From assembly GCA_965248265.1 (NCBI GenBank), contig CBDFJF010000001.1, positions 2,304,001-2,368,000 on the forward strand: a stretch of DNA of 64,000 nucleotides. The letters run 5' to 3'. A program made the translations under genes and the position numbers. Below, piece by piece: positions 48,710-58,080 of the stretch. Source of the stretch: Candidatus Latescibacterota bacterium (GTDB lineage Bacteria; Latescibacterota; UBA2968; UBA8231). How positions within the stretch are numbered: the first letter of the stretch is position 1; the number at the start of each line of letters is the position of its first letter. The notes below the pieces were generated by a model. The model worked only from the letters and a program-made list of their open reading frames with translations, ran no database searches and was not told the origin of the DNA.

Positions 48710-49802
48710 CGCCGCCCTCGAAACCAAAATCGCCCAGCTGTTGCTGGTGGGATTCAGGGGTTTCGACCGGACGGGCGCTGCCGGCATCATGGATGATATC
48801 GCCGAACGCAGTCTTGGTGGGGTCGTCCTCTTTGACATCGACGGTCCAAGCGGGCAACCGCAGCGCAACGTCGCCTCCGTTGAGCAAGTGCGGGCGTTGA
48901 CGTGCGACCTCCAGGCCGCCGGTTCCCAGGCGTCCGCCGCTTTCCAGGAGTCCACCGTCGTCTATGGACCAACGCCACCCCTTCTCATCGCCGCCGATCA
49001 GGAGGGCGGACAGGTCCGCCGCTTCAAGGAGCGCCACGGCTTCCCAATGGCATCCCCCGCCCAGAAGCTGGGCAGGCGCAACGATCTCAATGCCACCCTC
49101 GAGGAGGCAACCTCCATGGCCCGGTCACTGGCTGACTGCGGTGTCAACCTCAACCTGGCCCCCGTCGTCGATCTCGACACCAATCCCGCTAATCCCGTCA
49201 TCGGCCAGAAGCAGCGCAGCTATTCTGACAATCCCGAGGTCGTCACTGCTCACGCCTCCGCATTCATTCAGGCTCACTACAAGGAAGGAGTCTGCTGCGC
49301 CCTCAAGCACTTTCCGGGGCACGGTAGCTCCGACGCTGACACCCATACCGGATTTACCGACGTCACGCAAACATGGAGCGAAGTCGAGCTCCGCCCCTTT
49401 GAGCAGCTCATACAGGACGGCCTGGCGGCTGCAGTGATGACGGCCCATGTATTCAACGCTCGATTGGATGCTCGGTGGCCGGCAACCTTGTCCCACGCTA
49501 CCATCACGGACCTGTTGCGCAGGCGCCTCGAATTCAACGGGGTCGTCATCTCCGACGATCTGGGCATGGGTGCGATCGCCGGCCGGTACGGACGGCGGCA
49601 AGCACTGGAATTGGCACTGCTCGCTGGTGTTGATGTACTGTGCCTTTGCAACCAGACGACCTACGAGGAAGATCTCGTCGAACGTGTGATCGAAGATATC
49701 GGCTCCCTTGTCTCCTCTGGCAGCGTGGAGGAAGAGCGAATTGACGAAGCCTATGCGAGGGTGCTGCGATTGAAGAGCTCATTGAGCCCATGCCCAGAAT
49801 AG
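48654..49802 (+). CDS. GH3 beta-N-acetylhexosaminidase (NagZ-like)
   Basis: DQEGG, NLAPVVD, KHFPGHG..DTH and SDDLGMGA motifs; start uncertain. Confidence 0.9.
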   Translation: MTPSEKRPIPPTLPLKPADAALETKIAQLLLVGFRGFDRTGAAGIMDDIAERSLGGVVLFDIDGPSGQPQRNVASVEQVRALTCDLQAAGSQASAAFQESTVVYGPTPPLLIAADQEGGQVRRFKERHGFPMASPAQKLGRRNDLNATLEEATSMARSLADCGVNLNLAPVVDLDTNPANPVIGQKQRSYSDNPEVVTAHASAFIQAHYKEGVCCALKHFPGHGSSDADTHTGFTDVTQTWSEVELRPFEQLIQDGLAAAVMTAHVFNARLDARWPATLSHATITDLLRRRLEFNGVVISDDLGMGAIAGRYGRRQALELALLAGVDVLCLCNQTTYEEDLVERVIEDIGSLVSSGSVEEERIDEAYARVLRLKSSLSPCPE

Positions 49803-50389
49803 AGACCATACCGTACTCGCGAGCTTCCGGATTCTTGAAACAGCAGTACGACGCTGCAATCGAACGTGGTGGACGCATCTGGAACATCGTCAGCATCATG
49901 AGCCAGAATCCGCGGGTATTGAAGGCGTCGATGGATTTCTATCGTGCTCTCATGCACGCTTCCTCTCCATCATCATTGAGCAGGTGCCAGAGAGAGATGA
50001 TCGCCGTCGTCGTTTCCGCCACCAACCATTGCGTCTACTGAATACGCGCGCACGCCCACGACCTCCGTGCCGAGGTCGAAGACGAGTATGGGTTGAAGGA
50101 CAGCGAGGCCGATCGCTTCGTGCATGCGATAGCCAGGAACTGGCACGAGGCTCAACTGTCCCCTCAGAACCTCGGCTTGTGTGTTTTTGCCGAACAGCTG
50201 ACCCGCGATCCATCCAGCGTTGGCGATCCGGAAATTCGAGCGTTGCGGGACTGCGGCTTCGAAGATGTGGCCATCCATGACGCCACTCAAATCATCGGTT
50301 ACTTCAACTACATCAACCGGGTCGCCGATGCCCTGGACGTGGAGGACGAGGCGTTCGTGAGAGAGTGGGAGGCCGAGTCCGAATCGTGA
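49790..50389 (+). CDS. AhpD/CMD-like peroxidase-related selenoprotein (CxxU), 199 aa
   Basis: ORFs 49790-50041 and 50093-50389 share a frame. Read-through gives REMIAVVVSATNHCVY-U-IRAHAHDLR...FNYINRVADAL; a SECIS-like hairpin follows the UGA. Confidence 0.88.
50059..50078 (+). promoter_or_regulatory. Bacterial SECIS-like hairpin
   Basis: CGACCTC-CGTGCC-GAGGTCG, starting 17 nt after UGA, with G at loop position 2 followed by U. Confidence 0.75.
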
Positions 50390-50482
50390 GCGTGCGTGCC
50401 TTGCGATCGAGGTAACCTGACGGTACCTTCGATCGCCGTCGACTGAGCGAGAATTAGCGTTGAACTTAGGTAGGCAGGTAGA

Positions 50483-51445
50483 ATGATCGAGCTGTCGCTC
50501 TACGAAATGATGGTGCGGATTCGGCGAACGGAGGAACAGCTGGCGCGTTCGCACGAGGCCGGCCTCATCCCCGGAGCATGTCACACCTATGTCGGCGAAG
50601 AAGCGATCGCCACCGGAGTGTGCGCTCACCTGCGTGATGACGATGCCGTCTTCAGCACCCACAGAGGGCATGGCCATGCCCTCGCCAAGGGAGTGCCCAT
50701 CCGGGAGGTTGTCGCCGAGCTGTTCGGCAGAGCCACCGGTTGCTCTCAGGGGCGTGGCGGCAGCATGCATCTGTTCAAACCAGAAATAGGCATGATGGGC
50801 ACCAGCGGTATCGTCGGACCCTGCATTCTCCAGGCGGCTGGAGCCGGATACACCTACAAGCTTCTGGAGACCAACCAGGTTGGCGTTGCTTTCTTCGGCG
50901 ATGGTGCGGTCAGCAACGGTGCCTTCCATGAAGGATTGACGATGGCCGCTGCCTGGCAGCTGCCCTGTGTGTTCGTGTGCGAGAACAACCTCTTCGCCAC
51001 GGAGATGCCTTTCCACAAGGCCACCGGCAACCCTGAGGTTGCCAACCGCGGCGTGGCCTACGGCATCCCGGCCCTCGCCGTCGACGGCAACGACGTAGTC
51101 GCCGTGCACGCGGCGGCCGGCGATGCGGTGGCACGCGCCCGTGGCGAAGGTGGTCCGACCTTGCTGGAATGCAAGACCTACCGCACCAGGGCGCACTCCG
51201 AAGGCATGCGGACCACCGGCTATCGCACGCAGGAGGAGATCGACGCCTGGAAGGCGAAGGACCCCATCGACAGACTGGCGAAATGGGTAGCTACCCAGGA
51301 CCAGACGGGGTTGACGAAGATGTCGAGCATCGACGAGCGGATCCGGATGGAAGTCGAGGAGGCTCTCGAGTTCGCCGAGAACAGCCCATGGCCCGATCCT
51401 CTAACACTGATGGACCACATCTTCAGTGAGGATTCGCATGCGTGA
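50483..51445 (+). CDS. TPP-dependent dehydrogenase E1 alpha subunit (acetoin/pyruvate DH-like)
   Basis: STHRGHGH, GRGGSMH and FFGDGA...ENN motifs. Confidence 0.93.
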   Translation: MIELSLYEMMVRIRRTEEQLARSHEAGLIPGACHTYVGEEAIATGVCAHLRDDDAVFSTHRGHGHALAKGVPIREVVAELFGRATGCSQGRGGSMHLFKPEIGMMGTSGIVGPCILQAAGAGYTYKLLETNQVGVAFFGDGAVSNGAFHEGLTMAAAWQLPCVFVCENNLFATEMPFHKATGNPEVANRGVAYGIPALAVDGNDVVAVHAAAGDAVARARGEGGPTLLECKTYRTRAHSEGMRTTGYRTQEEIDAWKAKDPIDRLAKWVATQDQTGLTKMSSIDERIRMEVEEALEFAENSPWPDPLTLMDHIFSEDSHA

Positions 51446-52415
51446 ACTGACCTACTCCGAAGCCACACTCGAAGCACTGTCGGAGGAGATGGCGGCTGAC
51501 CCGACGACTTTCGTCGTTGGCCAGGGCATCGGAGCTCGAGGCGGCAACTTCAACACCACGACCGGCCTTCACGCCCTCTACGGCGACATGCGCCTGCGCG
51601 ACGTCGGAATCTACGAACGCGGATTCACCGGCATGTGCGCGAGTGCGGCCATGACGGGATCGCGCCCGATCGTCGACTACATGATGTTGGATTTCGCCCT
51701 AGACGCCATGGGGGAGATACTCAACCAGATCGCCAAGATCCAGTACATGAGCAGCGGCCGCTTGAAAATGCCGATCGTCCTGCGCGCCTGTATCGGACTC
51801 GGAGGGTCAATGGCAACTCATCACTCGGGCAACTACTACTCATTTTTTGTAAACCATCCCGGTTTTCGGGTCGCCTTGCCGACGACGCCGGCAGATGCCA
51901 AGGGACTTCTGAAGAGTGCCATCCGCAGCGACGACCCCGTGCTCTTTCTGGAGCACAGATTACTGTTGAAGACGGTGGGCGCCGTCCCTGAGGGAGGGGA
52001 CGCCATCCCCTTCGGCGAAGCGGCGGTGCGCACCCAGGGCAATGATGCGACCGTCGTCGCATTGACGGCGATGGTCCAGCAATGTGTTGAGGTGAGCACG
52101 GCCTTGGCGACGGACGGAATCTCCGTCGAAGTCATCGATCCACGCACCGTGGCTCCTCTCGACATGGACACCATACTCGCCTCCGTGCGCAAAACAGGCC
52201 GTCTGCTCATCGTCGACGAGAGCTTCGGCCCGTGTGGAGTCGGAGCCGAAATCGCCACTCGCGTGGTGGAGGAGGCCTTCGACGACCTCAAGGCCCCGAT
52301 CAAGCGTCTGAACGGTGCTCACGTGCCCATGCCGTACAGCGCCCCGCTGGAAACGGCCGCGATACCGCAACAGGAGCAGATCGCCACCGCCGTTCGCGAC
52401 CTGCTCGCAGTGTAG
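51438..52415 (+). CDS. TPP-dependent dehydrogenase E1 beta subunit
   Basis: DAKGLLKSAIRSDDPVLFLEH and EVIDPRTVAPLD motifs. Confidence 0.93.
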   Translation: MRELTYSEATLEALSEEMAADPTTFVVGQGIGARGGNFNTTTGLHALYGDMRLRDVGIYERGFTGMCASAAMTGSRPIVDYMMLDFALDAMGEILNQIAKIQYMSSGRLKMPIVLRACIGLGGSMATHHSGNYYSFFVNHPGFRVALPTTPADAKGLLKSAIRSDDPVLFLEHRLLLKTVGAVPEGGDAIPFGEAAVRTQGNDATVVALTAMVQQCVEVSTALATDGISVEVIDPRTVAPLDMDTILASVRKTGRLLIVDESFGPCGVGAEIATRVVEEAFDDLKAPIKRLNGAHVPMPYSAPLETAAIPQQEQIATAVRDLLAV

Positions 52416-52432
52416 CCTGCCGGATTTTATCC

Positions 52433-53197
52433 ATGCCTGATGCTGTAAGCTTGAGACTCGACGACAAGATTGTCGCCATCACCGGCGGTGCGACCGGCAT
52501 CGGCGCCGCCTGCGTAGAGCTGTTCGCCGAGCGCGGCGCCACGGTGTTTGTCCTTGACTGCAACAGTGAAGAGGGTGCTTCCACCGTCGGCCGCGTTACA
52601 TCGGCCGGGGGAAAGGCCTCGTTCCACCAACTTGACGTGCGGTCCGATTCAGCGGTCAGATCAGCCTTCGGAGAAATTGAGAATGAGCATGGAAGGTTGG
52701 ACGCTCTGGTCTGTTGCGCCGGGGTGATCAAGGGCGCGTATCGCGGTATCAACGAACTCGCCGAGCAGGACTGGGACGCCACCCTCGATACCAACCTCAA
52801 GGGTACCTACCTGACCGCCAAATATGGTTCGCCATTGCTGATCAAGGGAGTGAACCCGGTCCTTCTGCTGATATCCTCAGGTGCCGGCGTGCACGGGGGC
52901 AGCTCGTCCTATGCCTACGCCGCCAGCAAGGCTGGCATGCACGGCATGCATTTCAATCTGGAGCACGAACTCGAGCCTCACGGTGTCCGGGTTCACGTTA
53001 TCTGCCCTGCCAGCATTGCGACCCCGCTCAAACTGGCCAACATCGGCCTAGCTGCCCAGGAGAAAGGCGAAGACGCCCAAGCCGCCATGGATGAGGCCAG
53101 GCAAAGGCTTGGGGAGCCCGTGGGGGTGGCACGGGTGTTGTGTTTTCTGGTGTCGGAAGAAGGATCCTACGTGCGGGGTACCGTCAGCACCCGTTGA
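52433..53197 (+). CDS. SDR oxidoreductase
   Basis: TGGATGIG and YAASK motifs; start at ATG 52433. Confidence 0.9.
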   Translation: MPDAVSLRLDDKIVAITGGATGIGAACVELFAERGATVFVLDCNSEEGASTVGRVTSAGGKASFHQLDVRSDSAVRSAFGEIENEHGRLDALVCCAGVIKGAYRGINELAEQDWDATLDTNLKGTYLTAKYGSPLLIKGVNPVLLLISSGAGVHGGSSSYAYAASKAGMHGMHFNLEHELEPHGVRVHVICPASIATPLKLANIGLAAQEKGEDAQAAMDEARQRLGEPVGVARVLCFLVSEEGSYVRGTVSTR

Positions 53198-53204
53198 GCG
53201 GGAG

Positions 53205-53316
53205 GAGTCGGACGGTGGCCCACTGTCAGCGCAGGGGCTGGTCTGACTCGGTGCGGCGCCAGACCAGGGAGCTATTCCCACCCCTTGCTGACGAGTGGGC
53301 CTTTGTCCGAACTCTG
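53205..53316 (-). ncRNA. Candidate sigma54-dependent structured small RNA (~110 nt)
   Basis: Nested helices GAGTTCGGAC/GTCCGACTC, GGCCCACT/AGTGGGCC, GTCAGC/GCTGAC and AGGGG/CCCCT close two inner hairpins. The 5' end coincides with the predicted sigma54 +1. Confidence 0.55.
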
Positions 53317-53326
53317 TTGCTGACTC

Positions 53327-53342
53327 AGCAAACGTCGCGCCA
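53327..53342 (-). promoter_or_regulatory. Sigma54 (-24/-12) promoter
   Basis: Minus strand TGGCGC-GACGT-TTGCT; exact GG-N10-GC spacing, near consensus TGGCAC-N5-TTGC. Confidence 0.8.
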
Positions 53343-53440
53343 CTTTCGATTCAATCAACAAAATTTATCTTAACTATCATATTTACAATACGATAAACTT
53401 ATTTCATTGATTCTGATGGCAGTGGTATTTGGAGTAGAAC

Positions 53441-53549
53441 TGCTGCGTTGTTGCGGCATGCCTGCTGGTGTTTTTCGGAGTAAACTCAATTTTTACAAAT
53501 AGATATGGAGAAATGCATCGAAGCAGCTTCATGCCGCACCAACGCAGCA
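53441..53549. promoter_or_regulatory. Pair of enhancer-like (bEBP UAS) sites in inverted orientation
   Basis: TGCTGCGTTGTTGCGGCATG (53441-53460) and CATGCCGCACCAACGCAGCA (53530-53549), a 19/20 inverted match; each is pseudo-palindromic TGCnGC-N6-GCnGCA. An AT-rich spacer lies toward the promoter. Confidence 0.7.
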
Positions 53550-53571
53550 CCCACGCCTGCAGGGTTGGGCC

Positions 53572-54963
53572 CTATCGGGTTCTGTATTCTTCTGATTGAA
53601 TATCGTGTTTTCGGAGTAGCCGCTGGAAGGAAGTCCGGTGTAGCCCGGCTTGGACCGCAGCCCGCGAAACATTGCCCTGTGTTGCCGTCAGCAGACCAGA
53701 CAAGTAGTCGCGCTCGAATCGGGCCTTGGCAGCTGCCAGAGTGGTGTCTCCCTCGTCACTGCCTGCTGCGTTGGCTACAGCCTGAGTTGCGATGGCAGCA
53801 GGTAGCGAGGCCAACGTGATGGGACCTGAGTCCGTCAGGGAAAAGGCCCCCTCGATCGCGTTGTGGAGTTCGCGCACGTTACCGGGCCAGTCGTACTGCG
53901 TAAGTGCTTTCATGGCTTCGGGAGCGATGCCATCCACCTTCCGCGTAGCGGCCTCGTTCAACTCCTTGACGAAGTGATCGGCCAGAAGTGGTACGTCGCC
54001 GTCGCGATCTCGTAGTGCAGGCAGGGAGATCGTGAGCACGTTGAGACGGTAGTAGAGATCCTGTCTGAACCGTCCCTCGGCCATCGCTTTGTCCAGATCC
54101 TCGTTCGTCGCCGATAGCAACCGCATGTCGATGTCGAGTGTTTCCGTTCCGCCGACCCGGCGCAACTGTCGCTCTTGAATCACCCGCAACAGTTTAACCT
54201 GCAGGTCGACGCTCAACGTGGCGATCTCGTCCAGGAACACCGTTCCGCCCTGGGCCGCCTCGAGCAAACCTGTCTTCCTCGTGAACGCTCCGGTGAACGC
54301 ACCCCGCTCGTGTCCGAACAACTCGCTTTCCAGCAGTTGATCCGGCATGGCACCGCAATCGATGGGCAGAAACGGAGCATCCGAACGCTTGCTGTTGACG
54401 TGGATGCTGCGGGCGATCAACTCCTTGCCGGTCCCGGTTTGGCCGAGTATGAGAATGCTGCTGTCGCTGTCTGCCAACCGTTGCACCAGGTCCATGACCT
54501 TTCCCATCGCCGCGCTGCGGGCGACGATACCGTCGAAACCCCTCCGAAACTTCAGGGCCCGTCGCAGCATCTCGTTCTCAGTGCTCAGACGCTTCTGGGC
54601 AAGCGCCCGATCGACGGTGATCAACAACTGATCCGGAGAAAACGGTTTTGGCAGGTAGTCGAAGGCTCCCTGCTTGACGGCCTCCACCGCCGTAGAGATT
54701 GTCGGAAATGCCGTCACCATGATCTTCACCAGGTTCTCGTCAATGCTGCGCAGTTCCTCGAGCACCTCGAGACCATCCTTGTCCGGCATCTTCAGATCGA
54801 GCAGCATTAGATCGAATGTCTGTTCACGAACAGCGGCGATGCCGCTATCGGGGGTATCGCGTAGACTGACGTCGTAGCCATGGTAACGGAGCGTCTCCTC
54901 GCAGGCCTCCAACATGGCGGGCTCGTCATCGACGATCAGGATCCTGGCTTTCGTTCGGGTCAA
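53572..54963 (-). CDS. NtrC-family sigma54-dependent response regulator
   Basis: Receiver domain, [31 protein letters not shown] and C-terminal HTH. Confidence 0.96.
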   Translation of the reverse strand: MTRTKARILIVDDEPAMLEACEETLRYHGYDVSLRDTPDSGIAAVREQTFDLMLLDLKMPDKDGLEVLEELRSIDENLVKIMVTAFPTISTAVEAVKQGAFDYLPKPFSPDQLLITVDRALAQKRLSTENEMLRRALKFRRGFDGIVARSAAMGKVMDLVQRLADSDSSILILGQTGTGKELIARSIHVNSKRSDAPFLPIDCGAMPDQLLESELFGHERGAFTGAFTRKTGLLEAAQGGTVFLDEIATLSVDLQVKLLRVIQERQLRRVGGTETLDIDMRLLSATNEDLDKAMAEGRFRQDLYYRLNVLTISLPALRDRDGDVPLLADHFVKELNEAATRKVDGIAPEAMKALTQYDWPGNVRELHNAIEGAFSLTDSGPITLASLPAAIATQAVANAAGSDEGDTTLAAAKARFERDYLSGLLTATQGNVSRAAVQAGLHRTSFQRLLRKHDIQSEEYRTR

Positions 54964-56246
54964 TCCGTCCTCATACCTTCGTTGGGACTTTCCTCAGTGG
55001 AGTCGCCCATGCCGGGCAAGCGCACGGTCATCGTCGTGCCGCGATGACGGACCGTTTCGACTTCGATTCGCCCTCCCAGCTTTTCCACTATGCCGTAGCT
55101 GACCGACAGTCCAAGGCCGGTCCCCTTTCCCACCTGTTTGGTGGTGAAAAAGGGGTCGAAAATGAGGTCCTTGAAATCGTCGGGAATGCCGTTACCGGTG
55201 TCGGTGACCTTGATGGTAACCATCTCGGTTACTCCGCCGTACTCAGCAGGTCCATCAGTCGTCGCCTCTGTACTGAGACTCAATGTTCCGCCCTCCGGCA
55301 TCGCGTCCACAGCGTTGTTGATCAGGTTGATGAGCACCTGCTCCAATTCGTTGGGATCCGCTTTCACCAGCAAAGGACGGGGGCACAGCTCGGTCTTGAA
55401 ATCGAGTCCGTTCGCGGACATCGCCCTGACCGACAGCGACTGCGCGACGCCGACAACCTCGTTGACGTCGATGGTCTGGGGAATCCCGGACGAGGGACGC
55501 GAGAAGCTCAAGAGATTCTCGACAATCTGATTGATGCGCGCCGTTTGTTCGACGGCCACCTGCAGTGTTGAGACCGCGCGGCTCGAAAGCGACTCCTCTT
55601 CGGCGATCGACAGCAGAAAGTTCAGCTTCATCAGAAGCACACCTGCCGGATTGTTGACCTCGTGAGCAACACCGGCTGCGAGCTTGCCCATGGCCGCCAT
55701 CTTCTCCGATTGGATCAGTTGTGCCTGGGCCAGGGCAAGCGCTCGAGTGCGTTCCTTGACCGTGTCTTCCAGATTCTCCGTGTAAGCACGCTTGGCTTCT
55801 TCCAACTCGGCTTCTGCCCGTCGCAGCACGGTGATGTCGATGATGACGGCCATGGTACCTTCGAAACTGCCGTCCGCTGCTGTGAGAGGAGACGCCGATA
55901 TCAGTGTCGTTAGCGGCGATCCGTTCTTGTGGTAGATGAACGTCTCGTAGTAGTTGCGCAACCCCTTCTGGCGGTGTTGCGTGTACTCCGCATAACGCTG
56001 GAACTCATCGGGGTCCGTGAGCTCGGACAGGCTCTTCCCCTGCAGCTCGTCCGCCTCATAACCCAGCATTTCACACAGGCCTGGATTGACGAACGTCAAA
56101 CGCTCGTCAGAGTCGGTCATGCTGATTCCCGCAAAGGCCGTTTCCACTAGAGCCCGGTAACGTTCCTGGCTCCGGCGCAACTGCTCTGCGATGCGCCGCC
56201 GTTCGCGAAGGGCGACCCCCAGTTTGGTGTTGTGTTCTTCAACCAT
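54960..56246 (-). CDS. Cytoplasmic PAS-domain histidine kinase
   Basis: PAS/PAC, AHEVNNP, NLINNAVDA, DTGNG and GTGLGL motifs; no TM helix. Confidence 0.95.
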   Translation of the reverse strand: MVEEHNTKLGVALRERRRIAEQLRRSQERYRALVETAFAGISMTDSDERLTFVNPGLCEMLGYEADELQGKSLSELTDPDEFQRYAEYTQHRQKGLRNYYETFIYHKNGSPLTTLISASPLTAADGSFEGTMAVIIDITVLRRAEAELEEAKRAYTENLEDTVKERTRALALAQAQLIQSEKMAAMGKLAAGVAHEVNNPAGVLLMKLNFLLSIAEEESLSSRAVSTLQVAVEQTARINQIVENLLSFSRPSSGIPQTIDVNEVVGVAQSLSVRAMSANGLDFKTELCPRPLLVKADPNELEQVLINLINNAVDAMPEGGTLSLSTEATTDGPAEYGGVTEMVTIKVTDTGNGIPDDFKDLIFDPFFTTKQVGKGTGLGLSVSYGIVEKLGGRIEVETVRHRGTTMTVRLPGMGDSTEESPNEGMRTD

Positions 56247-56339
56247 CTTGATTAGGAAGCGTAGTTGGCGCCCCGGTTTACTACAAGACGCTCAGGTGCG
56301 GCTGTGGTTCGCTTCATTTCGGCGCCACGAACGGCGGAG

Positions 56340-56367
56340 TCCAGCAACACAGCTGAATAGCCGATAA
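56340..56367 (+). promoter_or_regulatory. Possible sigma28 promoter
   Basis: Perfect -10 GCCGATAA (56360-56367) with a weak -35 TCCAG 15 nt upstream. Confidence 0.4.
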
Positions 56368-56468
56368 GAACAACATCTCGTCGTGAGCATTGTGCAAGAC
56401 GGACTCGAAACAGTGCGGAGTCGGTTGCTGGATCGAATACGGTTGCTTAGTTTGGTGAATCACGAACC

Positions 56469-57662
56469 TTGCTGAAAAATGGACAAAAAGCCCGAAAAAA
56501 GACCACTTTGAAGCAGCCTTCCAGAAAAATCCGCCCGTGGTACACAGGTAAAACGCCCCCCGAAGAAGATGTAATAGGGATCGTCGACCGCATCGACCCT
56601 GATGCCCCCATACTCTATGACCAGGGACAAGAAGAGAACACGGGCGAGTACGCCGACGTCGTCAAGGAGCTGTACGGCAAGATGGATCTGCTCAAGCGCA
56701 GCCCGGACGAATTCCGCACGTGGACGGACGAAGACGGTTATCTGATTTTTTATGAAACACTGCTGGACTTCGCCGAGTCCGAAGTCAAGGACCGGGTTCA
56801 AGTCCTGCAGACCCTGGGAGCCTTTAAGTTCAGAGCTGCTGCTGGACCGGACGAAAAGAAAAGCCTGATCTCGGCCATCTTCACCGATGCCGACGACAAC
56901 GAAGACCCGAACATGGTCAACAGCACCAGAGCGCGGCGGCTGTCGCAGATCTGGTCTCCAGCATCTGATTCGCTTCTCGACTACATCATCTCCCGGCCGG
57001 CCCAGGCCGGACGCGTTCTCTCGGACCGCATCAGTCCGTCGAATCGCGAGCCGTTCCGCCTGATCGGCCATCCGTTCGCTGAAGTCCGCAGCACCGACCT
57101 GATGCCGCTGAAGGAAGCCAAGATCATAGCCTACGAGCGCGACGGGGAGATCCACCTCAACACCGGCGTCCGCACCGTCCTGGAAAACTGGGATCAGGAC
57201 ACCGCCGCTATCGGCGGCGTCGAGCAGGTTAGCCTGTTGGATACCCTGCTGCTACACGAGCTCATCGAACTGGTGTTAGACGAAACCAATCCGGAATACA
57301 CGCCCCTGCACTCGCACATCGTGGCCTGCTCCTTTGAACGCTACCTCAAAGGAACCTTGTTGTCCGTGGCCGTGGAGGACTTTTTCTTGACCTGGCCGCC
57401 AATGTCAGATGCGGAGATTGAAGAGCGGAACGCCAAGCAGATGGCTCAGGAACTCGAAGAAGCCAGCGCGATGTTTGCCGAAGAAGAGATCCCGGATATG
57501 GAAGATGAGGACCTGGACGGACTGCCCGTTGACAGCGATATCCGGCGCCGCAAGAAGAAAAAGAAGAAGAAAAAAATCTCTGGAGGGAAAGTCCCTGGAG
57601 AGAAAGTCCCTGAGGGGAAAGTCGTGAAGAAGAAGGTCAAGAAAAAGAAGAGAAGAGAGTGA
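56469..57662 (+). CDS. Hypothetical protein with an acidic stretch followed by a poly-Lys tail
   Basis: 397-codon ORF with host-like codons; LLHELIE motif; C-terminal RRRKKKKKKKK and three GKVP-like repeats; start uncertain. Confidence 0.75.
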   Translation: MLKNGQKARKKTTLKQPSRKIRPWYTGKTPPEEDVIGIVDRIDPDAPILYDQGQEENTGEYADVVKELYGKMDLLKRSPDEFRTWTDEDGYLIFYETLLDFAESEVKDRVQVLQTLGAFKFRAAAGPDEKKSLISAIFTDADDNEDPNMVNSTRARRLSQIWSPASDSLLDYIISRPAQAGRVLSDRISPSNREPFRLIGHPFAEVRSTDLMPLKEAKIIAYERDGEIHLNTGVRTVLENWDQDTAAIGGVEQVSLLDTLLLHELIELVLDETNPEYTPLHSHIVACSFERYLKGTLLSVAVEDFFLTWPPMSDAEIEERNAKQMAQELEEASAMFAEEEIPDMEDEDLDGLPVDSDIRRRKKKKKKKKISGGKVPGEKVPEGKVVKKKVKKKKRRE

Positions 57663-57710
57663 CCGATTGTGCCCTGGGGAGCCCGTAGTTCCACGGGCTC
57701 CTAGTGGTAA

Positions 57711-58043
57711 TTACTCCTCGCTATCGACCTCAGCCTCAAGTTTTAATCTGCGCAAGGCCAATGTCTGGGCCGCAAGATCCGCCTCAGCGGTCCGAATCTG
57801 CTCACACAACGATCGGGCCTCTGGACTTTCGTCCAGGGCGTTCGCTTCACCATCCAATTGCTTGTAGGCGATAACTCCGAGCGCTGCCAGCAGTCGTGAC
57901 AGACGAGCTTTGGTAGCGGCAATGTCGAGGCGGGCTTTGCTCTGCTGGGTGAGTTCCTCAGCCTTGGCCACGGCCACGGCAGCACCGTCCTGAAGGCCCT
58001 TCAACAGGGCTTCCCACATCCCCTCTGCTCGCTCCGTCGCCAT
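57711..58043 (-). CDS. Hypothetical helical protein
   Basis: MATERAEGMWEALLKGLQDGA...KAEELTQQSKARLDI...LGVIAY; the longer ORF-track version overlaps rpsR. Confidence 0.7.
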   Translation of the reverse strand: MATERAEGMWEALLKGLQDGAAVAVAKAEELTQQSKARLDIAATKARLSRLLAALGVIAYKQLDGEANALDESPEARSLCEQIRTAEADLAAQTLALRRLKLEAEVDSEE

Positions 58044-58080
58044 CGTGGTCTCGCAGTTTGCCGGCGTGATCTGCCCGGAC

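Noticed and set aside
2037-49651. Long antisense or alternate-frame ORFs (e.g. 2037-3218, 6376-7365, 7947-8897, 16566-17555, 21403-22527, 39579-40796, 47672-48955)
   Set aside because: These are shadow ORFs of well-supported genes in GC-rich DNA, with no family motifs.
53048-53281. 77-aa minus-strand ORF downstream of the sigma54 promoter
   Set aside because: Its GTG is buried in the stable structure with no spaced RBS, the composition is not protein-like, and most of it is antisense to the SDR.
53205-53314. Identification as SRP RNA, 6S RNA, tRNA or a c-di-GMP riboswitch
   Set aside because: It lacks the SRP GGAAGCAGC domain, a cloverleaf and the GEMM motifs, and is too short for 6S.
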